NCBI GenBank assembly: GCA_020725895.1
Contig: DYTO01000002.1
Location: 3,966-67,965, forward strand
Length of the DNA: 64,000 nucleotides
DNA from: Candidatus Hadarchaeum sp.
GTDB lineage: Archaea; Hadarchaeota; Hadarchaeia; Hadarchaeales; Hadarchaeaceae
Direction of reading: 5' to 3'
Position 1 is the first letter of the stretch, and the number at the start of each line of letters is the position of its first letter. The position numbers were made by a program, and so were the translations under genes. Below, piece after piece: positions 46,936 to 58,030 of this stretch. Below the pieces are notes generated by a model. It saw nothing but the letters and a program-made list of their open reading frames with translations. It was not told the DNA's origin and did no database searches.

Positions 46936-47382
46936 TCACCTTGTTGGTTTCTCCTTTCTTCCTTTCACGAGCTCGTTCAGCGAAACTCCGTTGACCTTTA
47001 CAACACGATACCTGACGCCCGGTATGTCCCCGTAAGACCTGCCCTTCGCGCCGCCTATCCCCTCTATCACTACCTCGTCGTGCTCGTCGATGAAGCCTAT
47101 CGCGCCCTCGCCGGGTGCGAAAGCCGTGAGCTGGCGCCCGTTCTTCACCAACTGGACCCTGACGCACTTCCTTATCGCGGAGTTTGGCTGCTTCGCCTCT
47201 ATCCCGACCTTCTCAAGGACTATCCCTCTCCCCTGAGGCGCCCCTTCAAGCGGGTCTGCCTTCTCCTTTAGCCTGAGGATCCTCCTTCTGTACTGTGGGT
47301 CCTTCCACCTTAGCTTCTGCCTCGCAAAAGTCAGCTTCCTAGCAGCGAATGCTCCTTTAGGCGACTTCATCTGAACACTCAA
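46936..47382 (-). CDS. rps12: 30S ribosomal protein S12
   Basis: 148 aa of the uS12 family, with the conserved [13 protein letters not shown]. Confidence 0.9.
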   Translation of the reverse strand: MSVQMKSPKGAFAARKLTFARQKLRWKDPQYRRRILRLKEKADPLEGAPQGRGIVLEKVGIEAKQPNSAIRKCVRVQLVKNGRQLTAFAPGEGAIGFIDEHDEVVIEGIGGAKGRSYGDIPGVRYRVVKVNGVSLNELVKGRKEKPTR

Positions 47383-47410
47383 GTAACTTGTTAGTTTAGA
47401 TTAAAAAGGC

Positions 47411-47839
47411 TCACCTTAAGATAACGTCGCTGATGTTCAGGTGCCTCTCAGCGATTTTTTTAACGTTCTGGATCTTCCTGCCCTTCCTTCCGACGGCCAC
47501 CTTCTTGTCCTCGGCATCTATCCTGGCAACGGCGATCTTCTTCCCCTCATGCTCCGAGATGCTGACAGATTTCACCCGCGCGGGCACAAGAAGATTCTTC
47601 ACGAATTTCTCCGGCGTCTCCGAGTACTCGACCACCTCTATCGCCTTACCGACCAGGTGCTCAGCCCTCCTGACGTTGCTGCCGCTCTTCCCTATAGCAA
47701 GTCCCATCTCCCCCTCCTTGACAACATAGGTGATCAGGCCGCCGCTCTCGTTGATGACGCAATCCTTGACGTGCGCCCCCGAAATCCCCTCGAAAAATGC
47801 TATCTGTCTCATCTCATCTGTCGTTATCTTCAACGTCAT
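47411..47839 (-). CDS. nusA: transcription termination/antitermination factor NusA (archaeal KH-domain type)
   Basis: Two KH domains with GKSGSNV and GRKGRKIQN. The start was taken at [10 protein letters not shown]. The longer ORF-track start overlaps L30e. Confidence 0.85.
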   Translation of the reverse strand: MTLKITTDEMRQIAFFEGISGAHVKDCVINESGGLITYVVKEGEMGLAIGKSGSNVRRAEHLVGKAIEVVEYSETPEKFVKNLLVPARVKSVSISEHEGKKIAVARIDAEDKKVAVGRKGRKIQNVKKIAERHLNISDVILR

Positions 47840-48138
47840 CTCGTTTCCACCGCGCTGAGAATGCTGGAATTCCCTGGGTTCACGACTGCAACCATGTTCA
47901 CTGTGAATGGCTTCCCGCAAGCTAGCCCCAACTCCCTGCTGTCCTTCTCAAAAACGTGGAACCTCACGCCAGCGATGCTCGAGTAGTGGCGCGCGTCATC
48001 GAGAGGATCCTTCGGACAGTTCGATGCAACTATGACGAGCTTTGCCTGGCCGCGCTTGATGACTTTCAAAGTCCTGTCGGTCCCGATCGCAACTTCGCCG
48101 GACGACACGGCTCTCCCGAGTTCCTTACTTACCTCCAC
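47836..48138 (-). CDS. rpl30e: 50S ribosomal protein L30e
   Basis: 100 aa of the L30e/L7Ae fold, between rpoA'' and nusA. Confidence 0.85.
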   Translation of the reverse strand: MEVSKELGRAVSSGEVAIGTDRTLKVIKRGQAKLVIVASNCPKDPLDDARHYSSIAGVRFHVFEKDSRELGLACGKPFTVNMVAVVNPGNSSILSAVETR

Positions 48139-49318
48139 CCTTTGCGCCTCCTTTCATAACTAGCTCCACTGTTCCGGTGCCCAGTGGGATGGGCTGCCCG
48201 GCAATGACGTTCTCTATTATCCCGGATAGCCTGTCGGATTCCCCGTGCATGCAAGCTTCGAAGATGTGTTTGGTCGTCGTCTCGAAGGAGGCCCTGGCCA
48301 GAACGCTGGCCTTTTCGCCGCTTATCCCGTGTCTTCCTATCTGCCTGATCGACCCAGAAGCGGTCATCATGTCGGAGACGAGCATTATGTGGCGCACGTC
48401 CACATCTAGCCCCTGCTCTTCCAGAGTCTTTATCGCCTCGTTGATTATCGCGTTCCTCGCGGCCTCTATCCCGAGGGTCTGCTCAATCTCATAGATGTCG
48501 TTGGTGACCGTCCTGTCCTGGTCGACCTCAGGCATGTTCAGGATGTCCGCTAGGTTCGAACCCTCAGTGTACACCACGTACTCCGTTCCTTCTATTTTCA
48601 CGAGGACCCTGGTTATCCCCTTCACGCCGAGAAGCAAGTGGGACTTGACCTTTGTCGCGTTCCTCCTCAACTCCGTCATGCTCTCGTTTTCTGATTTTAT
48701 CCTGAGCTTGTACCCGTCTATCCCGACCTCCAAGTCTAGGCCGTTCGCTATCGAGGATGCGATTATCTTTGGCGTGAGCCCCAGCCTCTGGACCTTTGTC
48801 CTGTCCAGGGTGACGATGAAAATCAGGTTTATCAGGTCAGTCTCCGTCTGGAGCGCCAGGTCCTCGACGGTGGTCATCTCGATCTTCTGCGCGAATTCCC
48901 TCGCCTTCTCCCTGCTCTTCGAGTATTTTTCCTTCAAGTATATGACCATCAAAGCCGTTGAAAGGGTCTTCCTCGCGTCGAGGATTTCGATCAGCCTCGG
49001 CAGACCCAGCGTGACGTTCAGCTCTGCGACACCGGCATAGTGGAACGTCCTGAGCGTCATCTGAGTGCCCGGCTCCCCTATCGATTGGGCGGCCACTGTC
49101 CCTACAGCCTCCCCCGCCTCAACGGTGGCCCTCTGGTACGCGTTCTTGACTGCGTCGATTGCCTTTTCCAGCTGCTCCCTCGAGATAGCCTTGTCTTTCG
49201 AGATCTGCGTGAGATTTTGCTGGAGGTCTTTCATGATAAGTTCCGGTACTTCGCCCTCGAGCTTCTGGACCTCTGTTTTGATCGTGTCCGGAGAAACTCC
49301 CGCCATCTCAATCACCAA
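48125..49318 (-). CDS. rpoA2: DNA-directed RNA polymerase subunit A''
   Basis: 397 aa, homologous to the C-terminal third of Rpb1. Confidence 0.9.
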   Translation of the reverse strand: MVIEMAGVSPDTIKTEVQKLEGEVPELIMKDLQQNLTQISKDKAISREQLEKAIDAVKNAYQRATVEAGEAVGTVAAQSIGEPGTQMTLRTFHYAGVAELNVTLGLPRLIEILDARKTLSTALMVIYLKEKYSKSREKAREFAQKIEMTTVEDLALQTETDLINLIFIVTLDRTKVQRLGLTPKIIASSIANGLDLEVGIDGYKLRIKSENESMTELRRNATKVKSHLLLGVKGITRVLVKIEGTEYVVYTEGSNLADILNMPEVDQDRTVTNDIYEIEQTLGIEAARNAIINEAIKTLEEQGLDVDVRHIMLVSDMMTASGSIRQIGRHGISGEKASVLARASFETTTKHIFEACMHGESDRLSGIIENVIAGQPIPLGTGTVELVMKGGAKGGGK

Positions 49319-51938
49319 CTATCTGTGACAATATCTTCTTCACGTTCACAGATTTTCCTCCTTCGCTCCTCGAGGGGTCGACGTTGTCCTCCCCGTAAAC
49401 GAACTGAACTATGTATCCCCTGTCGTCCCTCACAGTCCCATCGTATTCCACGCGCAAGTCCTGGAGCGCGTTGATCAAGCGCCTCTGCAGATAACCGCTT
49501 TGCGCGGTCCTAACGGCAGTGTCGACGAGACCTTCCCTTCCACCCATCGCGTGGAAGAAGAACTCCAGAGGCTTCAGACCACCCTTGTAGCTTGAGCTGA
49601 TGAACCCGCGTGCGTCCGCGCCCAGGTCCCCGGCCTTGAAGTGCGGCAATGTCCTCCCCTTGTACCCGCGGCTTATCCTCTCACCCCTCACCGACTGCTG
49701 CCCCACGCAAGCCGCCATCTGCGTCAGGTTGAGCATGCTGCCCCTCGCGCCCGTCCTCGCCATCACCACGGCGTGGTTGGTTAGACCAAGGTATTTTTCG
49801 GCGATCGAGCCAGCCGTGTCCCTGCTCTCTGCGAGGACCCCCATTATCCTCATCTCTAGGGTCTCGTGGAGAGACCGACCTGGCAGGGGTTCCAGCTCCC
49901 CGGCGTTGTAGACTTCAATCAGCTTCTTCACCTTTTCTTTCGCATCGTCTATCGCCTCGTTGATCCTATCGATGGCCTCCGTCGGGATGTCCTCGTCGTC
50001 TATCCCGGTCGTGAATCCGAACTTCATCGCGGAAGCTATCGAAAGCTTCGTGGCGTTGTCGAGGTAATCCTTCGCGGCGGTCGTCCCGTAGTCTTTGATT
50101 ATCCTATCGAGTATCTCGCACCTGTCGAGGGCTTTCATCGCCCTTGCGTCGATCACCCCGGTGACGAGTTCCCCGTCCTTTATCGAGACGTACGCATCGA
50201 TCTCGCAATCCTCCTTCTTGCACGAGGCGCAGTTCTCGCATATCTTCGCCTTGAATCTCAGGTTGAGGTCCTTCGGGAAGAGCATGCTGTAAATCTGCTT
50301 CCCCGTCCAGTACTCCTCGCCGTCTTCCTTCCCGGCAGGTTTTGGCAAGTCCTTGAACATCCTCGCGCTCGCGAGAAGCTGCTGCGCGTCATCCCTGCTC
50401 AGCTTCGTGTCGCGCTTCGTCAGGAGGTAAGCGCCTGTTATGTGATCCTGTATCCCGCCGATGATCGGGCCCCCGAAGCGAGGCGAGAGAATCTGCTCCT
50501 GAACTTTCATCAGTATCCTGGCCTCGGCCTGCGCCTCTTCCGTCTGTGGCACGTGAACGTTCATCTCGTCGCCGTCGAAGTCGGCGTTGTAAGGCGGACA
50601 AACGCTCAAGTTCAGCCGGAACGTCTTGCCAGGGAGCACCTTGACCTCGTGGGCCATTATCGACATCCTGTGCAGAGAGGGCTGTCTGTTGAAGAGAACG
50701 ATATCCCCGTCCTTCAGGTGCCTCTCGAGCCTGTACCCGACTTCCAAGTTGTTTGCGAGCTCTTCCCTGTCGGCGTACCTCAGGTCGTAGCGTTTGCCGT
50801 CAGGGCTCATGAGATAGTTCGCTCCGGGATAGGCGTCCGGTCCGCGCCTGACAAAGTTCCTCAGGTCCTCCAGGTTGTGCTCCGTCACCCGCACAGGGAC
50901 TGTAAGCGTCTTGGCGACGTACTCTGTCAAACCTATCTCGTTGATGCTTATGTTCGGGTCGGGAGAAACCACGGTCCTCGCAGAGAAGTCCACACGCTTT
51001 CCCGAAAGGTTTCCTCTGAACCTCCCCTCCTTCCCCCTCAGCCTCTGCGCGATCGTCCTGAGCACCCGGCCAGACCTGTGCCTTGCGGGCGGCACTCCCG
51101 AGACGGCGTTGTCGATGTAAGTCGTGACGTGATATTGCAAAAGCTCCCAGAGGTCCTCTACGATAAGGTGAGGCGCACCGGACTCTATGTTATCTGCCAG
51201 TCTCTGGTTGATCCTTATTACGTCGACCAGCTTGTGAGTCATGTCGTCCTCCGACCTGACCCCAGACTCGATGGTTATGCTAGGTCTCACGGTGACTGGC
51301 GGCACGGGCACTACTGTTAGGACCATCCACTCGGGCCGAGCAACTAACGGGTCGATTCCCATCAGGAGAAGGTCGTCGTTCGGTATCTTCTCAAGCCTCT
51401 CCCTTACGTCGCTGGGCGTGAGCCTGTTCTTCCCCTCGTTGAACGATGTCGGTTTTTCGAACTTTATCTTTATCTTTTTTTCCTTGCAGTGGGGACATGT
51501 CTCAACCGCCGAGGCGTCCCTTATCGCCTTTTTCGAGATTTCCCACCATCTCCCGCCCTCCTTCTTCTGACTCTCTATCTCTTTTCTAATGTTTGTGGCC
51601 TTCTCGTCGGAAAGCAAGATTCGCCCACAGGTCCTGCTCCTGCAAGTTGCGCGCAGGCAATCGTAAATGTCTTCCACGTAGCCGATGTTCACGACTGGCC
51701 TCGCTATCTCGATGTGGCCGAAATGTCCGGGACAGTCTCTGGCGCCTGCACCGCATGTTCTGCATCTCAGGCCAGGGTCGATCACGCCGAGGCGGAGGTC
51801 CATCAGGCCCCCTTCTATCGGGTAGCCGTCCTCGTCGTACGTGTCGGCGGTGACAATCTTCGTGACGGACATCTTCCTTATATCGTCGGATGACATCAGC
51901 CCGAAATCGATCCTGTCAATCATTTTTGCTATCCTCAT
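49308..51938 (-). CDS. rpoA1: DNA-directed RNA polymerase subunit A'
   Basis: 876 aa with zinc-binding CxxC motifs and NADFDGDEM. Confidence 0.95.
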   Translation of the reverse strand: MRIAKMIDRIDFGLMSSDDIRKMSVTKIVTADTYDEDGYPIEGGLMDLRLGVIDPGLRCRTCGAGARDCPGHFGHIEIARPVVNIGYVEDIYDCLRATCRSRTCGRILLSDEKATNIRKEIESQKKEGGRWWEISKKAIRDASAVETCPHCKEKKIKIKFEKPTSFNEGKNRLTPSDVRERLEKIPNDDLLLMGIDPLVARPEWMVLTVVPVPPVTVRPSITIESGVRSEDDMTHKLVDVIRINQRLADNIESGAPHLIVEDLWELLQYHVTTYIDNAVSGVPPARHRSGRVLRTIAQRLRGKEGRFRGNLSGKRVDFSARTVVSPDPNISINEIGLTEYVAKTLTVPVRVTEHNLEDLRNFVRRGPDAYPGANYLMSPDGKRYDLRYADREELANNLEVGYRLERHLKDGDIVLFNRQPSLHRMSIMAHEVKVLPGKTFRLNLSVCPPYNADFDGDEMNVHVPQTEEAQAEARILMKVQEQILSPRFGGPIIGGIQDHITGAYLLTKRDTKLSRDDAQQLLASARMFKDLPKPAGKEDGEEYWTGKQIYSMLFPKDLNLRFKAKICENCASCKKEDCEIDAYVSIKDGELVTGVIDARAMKALDRCEILDRIIKDYGTTAAKDYLDNATKLSIASAMKFGFTTGIDDEDIPTEAIDRINEAIDDAKEKVKKLIEVYNAGELEPLPGRSLHETLEMRIMGVLAESRDTAGSIAEKYLGLTNHAVVMARTGARGSMLNLTQMAACVGQQSVRGERISRGYKGRTLPHFKAGDLGADARGFISSSYKGGLKPLEFFFHAMGGREGLVDTAVRTAQSGYLQRRLINALQDLRVEYDGTVRDDRGYIVQFVYGEDNVDPSRSEGGKSVNVKKILSQIVGD

Positions 51939-51946
51939 ATTCCCAC

Positions 51947-54900
51947 CTAGACTCTCTCCCTCGTCCTTATCTTTGGCATCAGCCCCATGGATTTCATCTC
52001 GTCAACCAAAAGCTTGAACGCGTATGACATTTCCACCTCGTATATCTCGGACTCCTCCTCGCAGAACATGCAAACGGCGCGGTCGTGTCTCCTGTCGTAG
52101 ACGGCGAGGTTGCCGCACTTTCCGCAGACAAGGACTCTGTAGCGGTCGGAAGCGTCGAGTAGCCTCTCCTTCAGGAGCATCGCCGCCCCGTGACCGATTA
52201 TGCAGTCCCTCTCCATCTCCCCGAACCTCAGCCCGCCTTCCCTAGCGCGGCCCTCGGTCGGCTGGTGGGTCAGGACCTGGATCGGCCCGTGCGACCTCGC
52301 GTGGATCTTGTCAGCGACCATGTGGTGAAGCTTCTGGTAGTAGCAGGCGCCTATGAATATTTCAACAGGTATCTTCTCGCCCGTGACCCCGTTGTAAAGC
52401 ACATCCTCCCCGGTGTTCTTGAAGCCGAATTGCTTCAAAATCGCCCTCAGCTCCATCTCCGGAGTGTTGCTGAATGGAGTCCCGTCCATACGCTTGCCGA
52501 TGAACGCCCCGACCTTCCCCGCTATCATCTCCACAAGCATGCCGACGGACATCCTTGACGGGATCGCGTGCGGGTTTATCACGATGTCCGGAACGACCCC
52601 CTCCTCCGTGAAAGGCATGTCGGTGGTGTCCAGCACTATCCCGACGACGCCTTTCTGGCCGTGTCTCGATGCCAGTTTGTCACCTATCTCCGGGATTCTC
52701 TGGTCCCTCACCCGGACTTTTGTGAACAAGTTGCCGTCCAACGTGATCGATTTGAGTATCATGTCTGAGACTCCCTCCTCGCTCGGCCTCACCCTGATTG
52801 AGCTCTCGCGCCGCCCGTGCTCCTTCGCCAGCCCGAACTCGTCCATCTCCTCGAGGAATCTTGGCGGGCTGGTCTTCCCTATCAGGACATCCTCCCCTTT
52901 CACGTCCGTCTCCACCTCGATTATCCCGTCCTCGCCAAGGCTCCTGTATGAGCTGGTTTCCGCGTATCCCCTGATATCTTCTCCAGGCGTCTCAAACTTG
53001 TCCATCTCTCCGCCCGGGTACCTGATTTCCTCCGCCTCGTATATGCGGTAGAATGTCGTCCTACCGAAACCCCGCTCTATCATCGCCTTCTTCACGATGG
53101 CCGCATCTTCCATGTTGTATCCGCCGTAGGCGGAAATCGCGACAATGATGTTTTGTCCGGCCGCCCTCTTGTCGAAGCCGACAGCTTCCATGACCTTTGT
53201 CTTCACGAGCGGGACCTGGGGGTAGTGGAGGAAGTGTCCGCGCGTGTCGACTCTCGAGTGTATGTTGGTGAATGCCAGACCGAGCGCCTGCTTTGCCATA
53301 TTCGCTCCGTAAGTGTTCCTGGGCGACTGGTTGTGCTCGGCGTATGGGACGAGCGCGGTGCTTATCCCCAATATCGCAAGCTGGTGCAACTCGACATGGG
53401 AGTGGTCGCTCGTGATTTCATTCGAGTAGACAGCTATTAGGGCGTTCTCCTCCTCGTCGGGGTCCAGGTACTCGATGACTCCCTGGTTGATCAGGTCTTT
53501 CCAGGCAAGCTCGCCCTTCCTGACCTTTTCTATTATCTCATCGGTCAACTTTGGTTTCATGTTTTCGACCACGATCAGGGGGCGCCTTATCCTCCCTGCA
53601 TCGGTGTTGACCTTCACCTCATCCGTGTCGGCCCTGAACGTGACGTTGACCTGCTCATCGAGGTTCCCCTTTCTCCTGTTCTGGCGTATTTTGTCGGCGA
53701 GCTCTTTCCCGTTTTCAGATATCCCGACCAAACGACCGTTGATGTAAACTGCGGTCTTCCCTTTCCTCTCGCTGCTCTTCATTATCTTAGTGACGCCGAG
53801 CCTGCCGAGAAGTTTCTCGACCCTGCTCTCGTCTGTGCCTATCGAGATTTCGGCCGTTATCGCCAGGTTCTTAACGAGGCCGCAGTTAGGGCCCTCGGGC
53901 GTTTCCGAAGGACAGATCTTGCCCCAGTGCGTCGAGTGCAAGTCCCTGGCCTCGAAGTGTGGCTGGCTTCTGCTCAGCGGCGAGACGACTCTCCTCAGGT
54001 GTGAGACGGTCGCTATATAGTTCGTTCGGTCGAGAAGCTGGCTAACGCCAGTCCTCCCGCCTGGCCAGTTCCCGGTCGCGAGCGCGTGCCTTATCCTCTC
54101 GGTGAGGACGTCCGCGCGGGCAGCCGTCCTGAGGTTCAGCTCCCTGCCTCTCGCGTGTGAGCGCTCGAGCTGGTACTTGATGTCCCTGACGAGGTTCATG
54201 AATGCGAGCCTGAAGACGTTCTCGAGCAGGTCACCGGCGAGCTTTAGCCTCTTGTTGGCGTAGTGGTCCTTGTCATCGGCCCTGCGCCTTCCGAGCGCGA
54301 GGTCTAACACCTGCTCGGACATCCTGCCAAGATAGTAAGCTTTGTTCGGGCGGTCCTTCTGGTCGGTGCCTATGTGCGGGAGCAAATATTTGTCGAGGAC
54401 TTCCTGAGCGCGCTGGAGCCGGTAGTTCCTCGGCTGTCCGATCGCGACGCGTTTCCCGATGAAGTCGAGGGCATCCTGCCTAGTCTTCACCTCTACTGCC
54501 TCTTGCAGGTTCTCGAAGAGCTCTCTAACTATTTCAGGATCATCAGAAACAGCCTCGACTATTTCCCTGTCGCTCTCGAGGCCCAAAGCTCGCACGATCA
54601 CGACCAGCGGGACCTGTCCAGGCACAGCGGGGAATGAGACGCGCAGCAACCCGTCGCGCTTCCTCTCCACGACAACGAATGCGCGGAAGCCCCTGTGGCT
54701 TGAGAATACTTTCGCGACCTCTGTCCCGACGCGCTCGTCCCTCTCGACGAGGATCGCGTTCGAGGCGAGGTCCTCCTGCGCGACGATCACGCGCTCTGAA
54801 CCGTTGACGATGAAGTAGCCGCCCGGGTCGAGGTAGTCCTCGCCGTTGGACATCAGGTCGTCCTCGCTCATGCCGCTCAGCCTGCAAATCTTCGATTTCA

Positions 54901-55249
54901 GCATGACGGGAAGCTCGCCGATGTAGACATCCTCCGGAGGTTGGACCCGGCCGCCGATGTCGAGGCTCATCTCCAAAAAGACCGGCGCCGTGTAGCTCAG
55001 GTTCCTGAGCCGCGCCTCGTGGGGCCAGAGCTTCGGCCTGGAGCCGTCCGCCTCCTTGACAGATGGCTGCTCGAGCCTTATCTTCGCGAATTTCACATCA
55101 ACGCCTTCGATGTCGAGGTCGATCCCGCTTATCTCATCAATGACTTGCTGGAGGCCCCGCTCGACAAAATCGTTATAAGAATCAAGGTGCTGGCGGACGA
55201 GGCCCTTTTCCTTGAAAAAAGATTCAACAATCGGCCAAGTTTCTTGCAT
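51947..55249 (-). CDS. rpoB: DNA-directed RNA polymerase subunit B (fused, unsplit)
   Basis: 1100 aa with both the B'' and B' regions in one ORF. The stop is TAG. Confidence 0.95.
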   Translation of the reverse strand: MQETWPIVESFFKEKGLVRQHLDSYNDFVERGLQQVIDEISGIDLDIEGVDVKFAKIRLEQPSVKEADGSRPKLWPHEARLRNLSYTAPVFLEMSLDIGGRVQPPEDVYIGELPVMLKSKICRLSGMSEDDLMSNGEDYLDPGGYFIVNGSERVIVAQEDLASNAILVERDERVGTEVAKVFSSHRGFRAFVVVERKRDGLLRVSFPAVPGQVPLVVIVRALGLESDREIVEAVSDDPEIVRELFENLQEAVEVKTRQDALDFIGKRVAIGQPRNYRLQRAQEVLDKYLLPHIGTDQKDRPNKAYYLGRMSEQVLDLALGRRRADDKDHYANKRLKLAGDLLENVFRLAFMNLVRDIKYQLERSHARGRELNLRTAARADVLTERIRHALATGNWPGGRTGVSQLLDRTNYIATVSHLRRVVSPLSRSQPHFEARDLHSTHWGKICPSETPEGPNCGLVKNLAITAEISIGTDESRVEKLLGRLGVTKIMKSSERKGKTAVYINGRLVGISENGKELADKIRQNRRKGNLDEQVNVTFRADTDEVKVNTDAGRIRRPLIVVENMKPKLTDEIIEKVRKGELAWKDLINQGVIEYLDPDEEENALIAVYSNEITSDHSHVELHQLAILGISTALVPYAEHNQSPRNTYGANMAKQALGLAFTNIHSRVDTRGHFLHYPQVPLVKTKVMEAVGFDKRAAGQNIIVAISAYGGYNMEDAAIVKKAMIERGFGRTTFYRIYEAEEIRYPGGEMDKFETPGEDIRGYAETSSYRSLGEDGIIEVETDVKGEDVLIGKTSPPRFLEEMDEFGLAKEHGRRESSIRVRPSEEGVSDMILKSITLDGNLFTKVRVRDQRIPEIGDKLASRHGQKGVVGIVLDTTDMPFTEEGVVPDIVINPHAIPSRMSVGMLVEMIAGKVGAFIGKRMDGTPFSNTPEMELRAILKQFGFKNTGEDVLYNGVTGEKIPVEIFIGACYYQKLHHMVADKIHARSHGPIQVLTHQPTEGRAREGGLRFGEMERDCIIGHGAAMLLKERLLDASDRYRVLVCGKCGNLAVYDRRHDRAVCMFCEEESEIYEVEMSYAFKLLVDEMKSMGLMPKIRTRERV

Positions 55250-55253
55250 TCAA

Positions 55254-55496
55254 TCAACCCTCGATCACGTATCTGTACGCCAGGACCTTCCCGGCAGTCG
55301 GACTTTTTCTCGTGATCTTGACGATGTCGCCCGGTTTCGCGCCACAAGCCATCGCTGCCGGATCGTTGCTCCTTATCCTCGGCATCTGGAAGGCGCCGAT
55401 CTTGAAGCGCTTAAGCAACTCTTTGGTTTCCTCCTTTGACAACACCTTATGGTCCGGCACGAGCTCGTGCCCCAACACATCCCATTTTTCCGTCAT
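55254..55496 (-). CDS. rpoH: DNA-directed RNA polymerase subunit H (Rpb5 homolog)
   Basis: 80 aa, upstream of rpoB as in the conserved archaeal operon. Confidence 0.85.
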   Translation of the reverse strand: MTEKWDVLGHELVPDHKVLSKEETKELLKRFKIGAFQMPRIRSNDPAAMACGAKPGDIVKITRKSPTAGKVLAYRYVIEG

Positions 55497-55513
55497 GAGG
55501 TTTCACCGCAAAG

Positions 55514-55588
55514 CGGGCCCGGTGGGATTCGAACCCACGACACCCGGCTTAAAAGGCCGGTGCGCTAGCCAGACTGCGCTACGGGCCC
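55514..55588 (-). tRNA. tRNA-Lys (UUU), intronless
   Basis: GGGCCCG-UA-GCGC AGUCUGGCUA GCGC-A-CCGGC-CUUUUAA-GCCGG-GUGUC-GUGGG UUCGAAU CCCAC-CGGGCCC-G. The CCA is not encoded. Confidence 0.85.
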
Positions 55589-55711
55589 CAAAAAGCGGCT
55601 GTCCTTTTTTGTGTTCGCTATTAACGTTGAAACCGAGGGCTTATAAATACTTTTGATTGGGGGACTTTGAAGTTTTTCGATGTTTTGGATTAGACGGGCA
55701 TAAACATCAGG

Positions 55712-55800
55712 CGCCCTGGCCGAGATTTGAACTCGGGGCAAAGCCTATCTGCGGAAACCGCGACAGGGCTTTATGTTAGACCGGGCTACACCACCAGGGC
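55712..55800 (-). tRNA. tRNA-Asp (GUC) candidate with a ~14-nt canonical intron
   Basis: GCCCUGG-UG-GUGU AGCCCGGUCUA ACAU-A-AAGCC-CUGUCG[CGGUUUCCGCAGAU]A-GGCUU-UGCC-CCGAG UUCAAAU CUCGG-CCAGGGC-G. Confidence 0.6.
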
Positions 55801-56497
55801 ACCATTTCTCTAGATATTTTTCCAACTTAAGACGTTTGTGAGGAATCGCAATCCTCGGCAAAAGATAATTTTTTAGCCAATCGACGTTCTTTTTCGACAC
55901 GACGAATTCTATAGTCCACCAAGAACCCCGGATTATCCTTCCATAGTATACATGACTTTTGCTTTGCCAATACATCGAAACCTTGCAATTCATGTTCATT
56001 TGTATCGCATTTCTCAGCGCATAGTTCGGTTTTCCATTGCTGATCCTTATGCAGCACTGAGGGGTTTTTCTGCTGTACCCCCTGGAGCGGATATCGCCGT
56101 CACCATCAATCACACCTGCCAGATACGTGCCAAACAAAAATGGATTTTGAGAGATCCAAAGTGGGATGGTCATATCGCGAAAACGTATTTCTAAATTTTC
56201 CAGTGGTTCAAGCAAACATTTGACGCTTGTCCCTACTTTGTACCTGCCGTCGGAAAAGCGATGTATTTTCAGCTTTCTTCCCAAGCTAGAATCAAAATTT
56301 TCTGCAAATCTTTCGAGCATGGGCAACGATTTCTCGCCCACGGCAAGTGATATTTCGAAGACGCGAAAATCATTTCCATTCTTCTTGGAGATGTAAGACG
56401 TCCTTTTTCCATCCGAATGCAATGCACCTAGCCAATAAGCCAAATCTGCATTTTTCACCAAGTCCATCTCATTCCCGATCCAAATTCGGAAATTCAT
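55745..56497 (-). CDS. free-standing LAGLIDADG homing-endonuclease-like protein (250 aa)
   Basis: Two motifs, LAYWLGALHSDGKRT and YLAGVIDGDGDI, in an AT-rich gene. The last 18 codons are read from the 5' half of tRNA-Asp. Confidence 0.75.
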   Translation of the reverse strand: MNFRIWIGNEMDLVKNADLAYWLGALHSDGKRTSYISKKNGNDFRVFEISLAVGEKSLPMLERFAENFDSSLGRKLKIHRFSDGRYKVGTSVKCLLEPLENLEIRFRDMTIPLWISQNPFLFGTYLAGVIDGDGDIRSRGYSRKTPQCCIRISNGKPNYALRNAIQMNMNCKVSMYWQSKSHVYYGRIIRGSWWTIEFVVSKKNVDWLKNYLLPRIAIPHKRLKLEKYLEKWCPGGVARSNIKPCRGFRR

Positions 56498-56557
56498 TTA
56501 AGCGGTTTGTCCACACGGGTCGCCGAAAGTAATCTTAGAATAACAGTAAGAAAAGGG

Positions 56558-56674
56558 CCGGCAGCGTATCGGAGTTCCCCATGGCTCGCGCACATGAGTA
56601 CAGTCCAGATCGCATGGCGGGTTTAACTTCCGGGATCGGACGAGACCGGGTGGGACCCCGCCGCTATGACCGCC
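56558..56674 (-). rRNA. rrf: 5S ribosomal RNA (stand-alone, not linked to 16S/23S)
   Basis: The minus strand reads GGCGGUCAUAGCGGCGGGGUCCCACCCGGUCUCGUCCGAUCCCGGAAGUUAAACCCGCC...CGCUGCC. This matches the archaeal 5S consensus, and the ends form helix I. Confidence 0.85.
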
Positions 56675-56719
56675 AACCCAAAATTAATTGAAATTTCTTG
56701 GTTTTATAGATTACCTATA

Positions 56720-57565
56720 TCATTTGGAAGGCAGCGTGAACTGGAATATGGAGCCCTTCCCGAGCTGGCTCGTCACCCAAATCTTCCCGCCGTGCGCCTT
56801 CACTATCTCCTTGCATATCGCGAGGCCGAGGCCCGTCCCGCCGTACTTCCTCTTCCCGGAGCTGTCAGCCTGGTAGAATTTCGTGAAAAGCTTGCCCACG
56901 TCTTTTCGCCCAATACCGATTCCGGTGTCGACGACTTGCACGAGCACAGAGTTGCCGGTCTTGCTCGCCTTGAGGGTGATCCCGCCCTTGTCCGTGAACT
57001 TTATCGCGTTGTTCAGGAGGTTCGTCAGCACCTGCGTGATCCTCACGGCGTCGCCCTTGATAGTCGGCAGGTTCTTTGGAACGACCTTCTTCAGGTATAT
57101 CTTCTTCTCCTTCGCGAAAGGCTCTGCGCTCGAGACGGCGTCGTTCGCGAGGCTCTCGAGCCTGACCTCCTCCATGTTGAACTTCATGACCTTCGACTCC
57201 AGCTTCGCGATGTCGAGGATGTCGCCGACGAGCCTCTGCAGCCTCTTGGTGTTCCTGATCGCGATCTCTAGGCTCTCCCTGTCCTCGGAGTCGAGCTTTT
57301 TCTTGTCAATCAATTGCAAGTAACCGACCATCGGGACCATTGGCGTCTTCAGCTCGTGCGCGGCCATGTTCATGAACTCGGTCTTGAGCTTGTCCACGGA
57401 TTTCAGCTTCTCATGCGCGCGCCTGATCTCGGCCTCGTGCATATCCTTGATCCTGAGCAGCTGCCTCGTGTATCGCAGCGAGTTAATGATGATCGCCAGC
57501 TCTACTATCACGAGGGAGACGAGGGCGACGAAGGCCCCGATGATTATGATGTCTATGTCTGCCAA
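56720..57565 (-). CDS. sensor histidine kinase (HisKA + HATPase_c) with N-terminal TM helix
   Basis: An H-box AAHELKTPM and N/G1/G2 boxes LLNNAIKFT, VVDTGIGI and GGTGLGL. Confidence 0.85.
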   Translation of the reverse strand: MADIDIIIIGAFVALVSLVIVELAIIINSLRYTRQLLRIKDMHEAEIRRAHEKLKSVDKLKTEFMNMAAHELKTPMVPMVGYLQLIDKKKLDSEDRESLEIAIRNTKRLQRLVGDILDIAKLESKVMKFNMEEVRLESLANDAVSSAEPFAKEKKIYLKKVVPKNLPTIKGDAVRITQVLTNLLNNAIKFTDKGGITLKASKTGNSVLVQVVDTGIGIGRKDVGKLFTKFYQADSSGKRKYGGTGLGLAICKEIVKAHGGKIWVTSQLGKGSIFQFTLPSK

Positions 57566-57590
57566 ACCATCACCGCGATTTCCGTTCTGT

Positions 57591-57956
57591 TCACGATTCC
57601 AGGAGCTCCTTTACCTTGGCCACAAGCTCGTCGGGGTCGAAAGGTTTTGAGATGTATTTCGGCATCCCGAACTTGAACAATTTCACTTGCGCTTGCGGGC
57701 CGATGTCGAGCGCCGAGAGGAAAGCTATCTTCTGGTTTTTGTTCATCGTCTTTATCTTTTCGAAGACCTTGTAGCCGTCGATGCCCGGCAGCATGATGTC
57801 GAGCAGGATCAGGTCTGGTTTGTCCTTTTCGTAGTTCTTGACGCAATCTTCGCCGTTATCGTAGCCGACGAAATCGTAGCCTTCTCTCTTCAATATCTTC
57901 TCGATCAGAGCCAAGGTTTCGGGGCGGTCCTCGATCGCCATTATTTTTTTCGCCAT
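57591..57956 (-). CDS. response regulator receiver protein (CheY-like, single domain)
   Basis: 121 aa with the phospho-acceptor Asp in LILLDIMLPGIDG and a conserved Lys in KPF. Confidence 0.85.
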   Translation of the reverse strand: MAKKIMAIEDRPETLALIEKILKREGYDFVGYDNGEDCVKNYEKDKPDLILLDIMLPGIDGYKVFEKIKTMNKNQKIAFLSALDIGPQAQVKLFKFGMPKYISKPFDPDELVAKVKELLES

Positions 57957-58030
57957 TCCACCACTTCATGTTTGTTTACTGAAATCAATCGCTCGGCGTG
58001 GTTTTATCTTTTTTGAAAATGGTTCGGAGA

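Noticed and set aside
47840-47920. Extended NusA N-terminus ([27 protein letters not shown])
   Set aside because: It overlaps the L30e coding region. Archaeal NusA is about 140 aa and begins near [10 protein letters not shown].
49866-51320. 484-aa plus-strand ORF inside rpoA', and similar ORFs inside rpoB (52190-53051, 54459-54887)
   Set aside because: They lie within highly conserved RNA polymerase genes on the opposite strand and show typical high-GC antisense translation.
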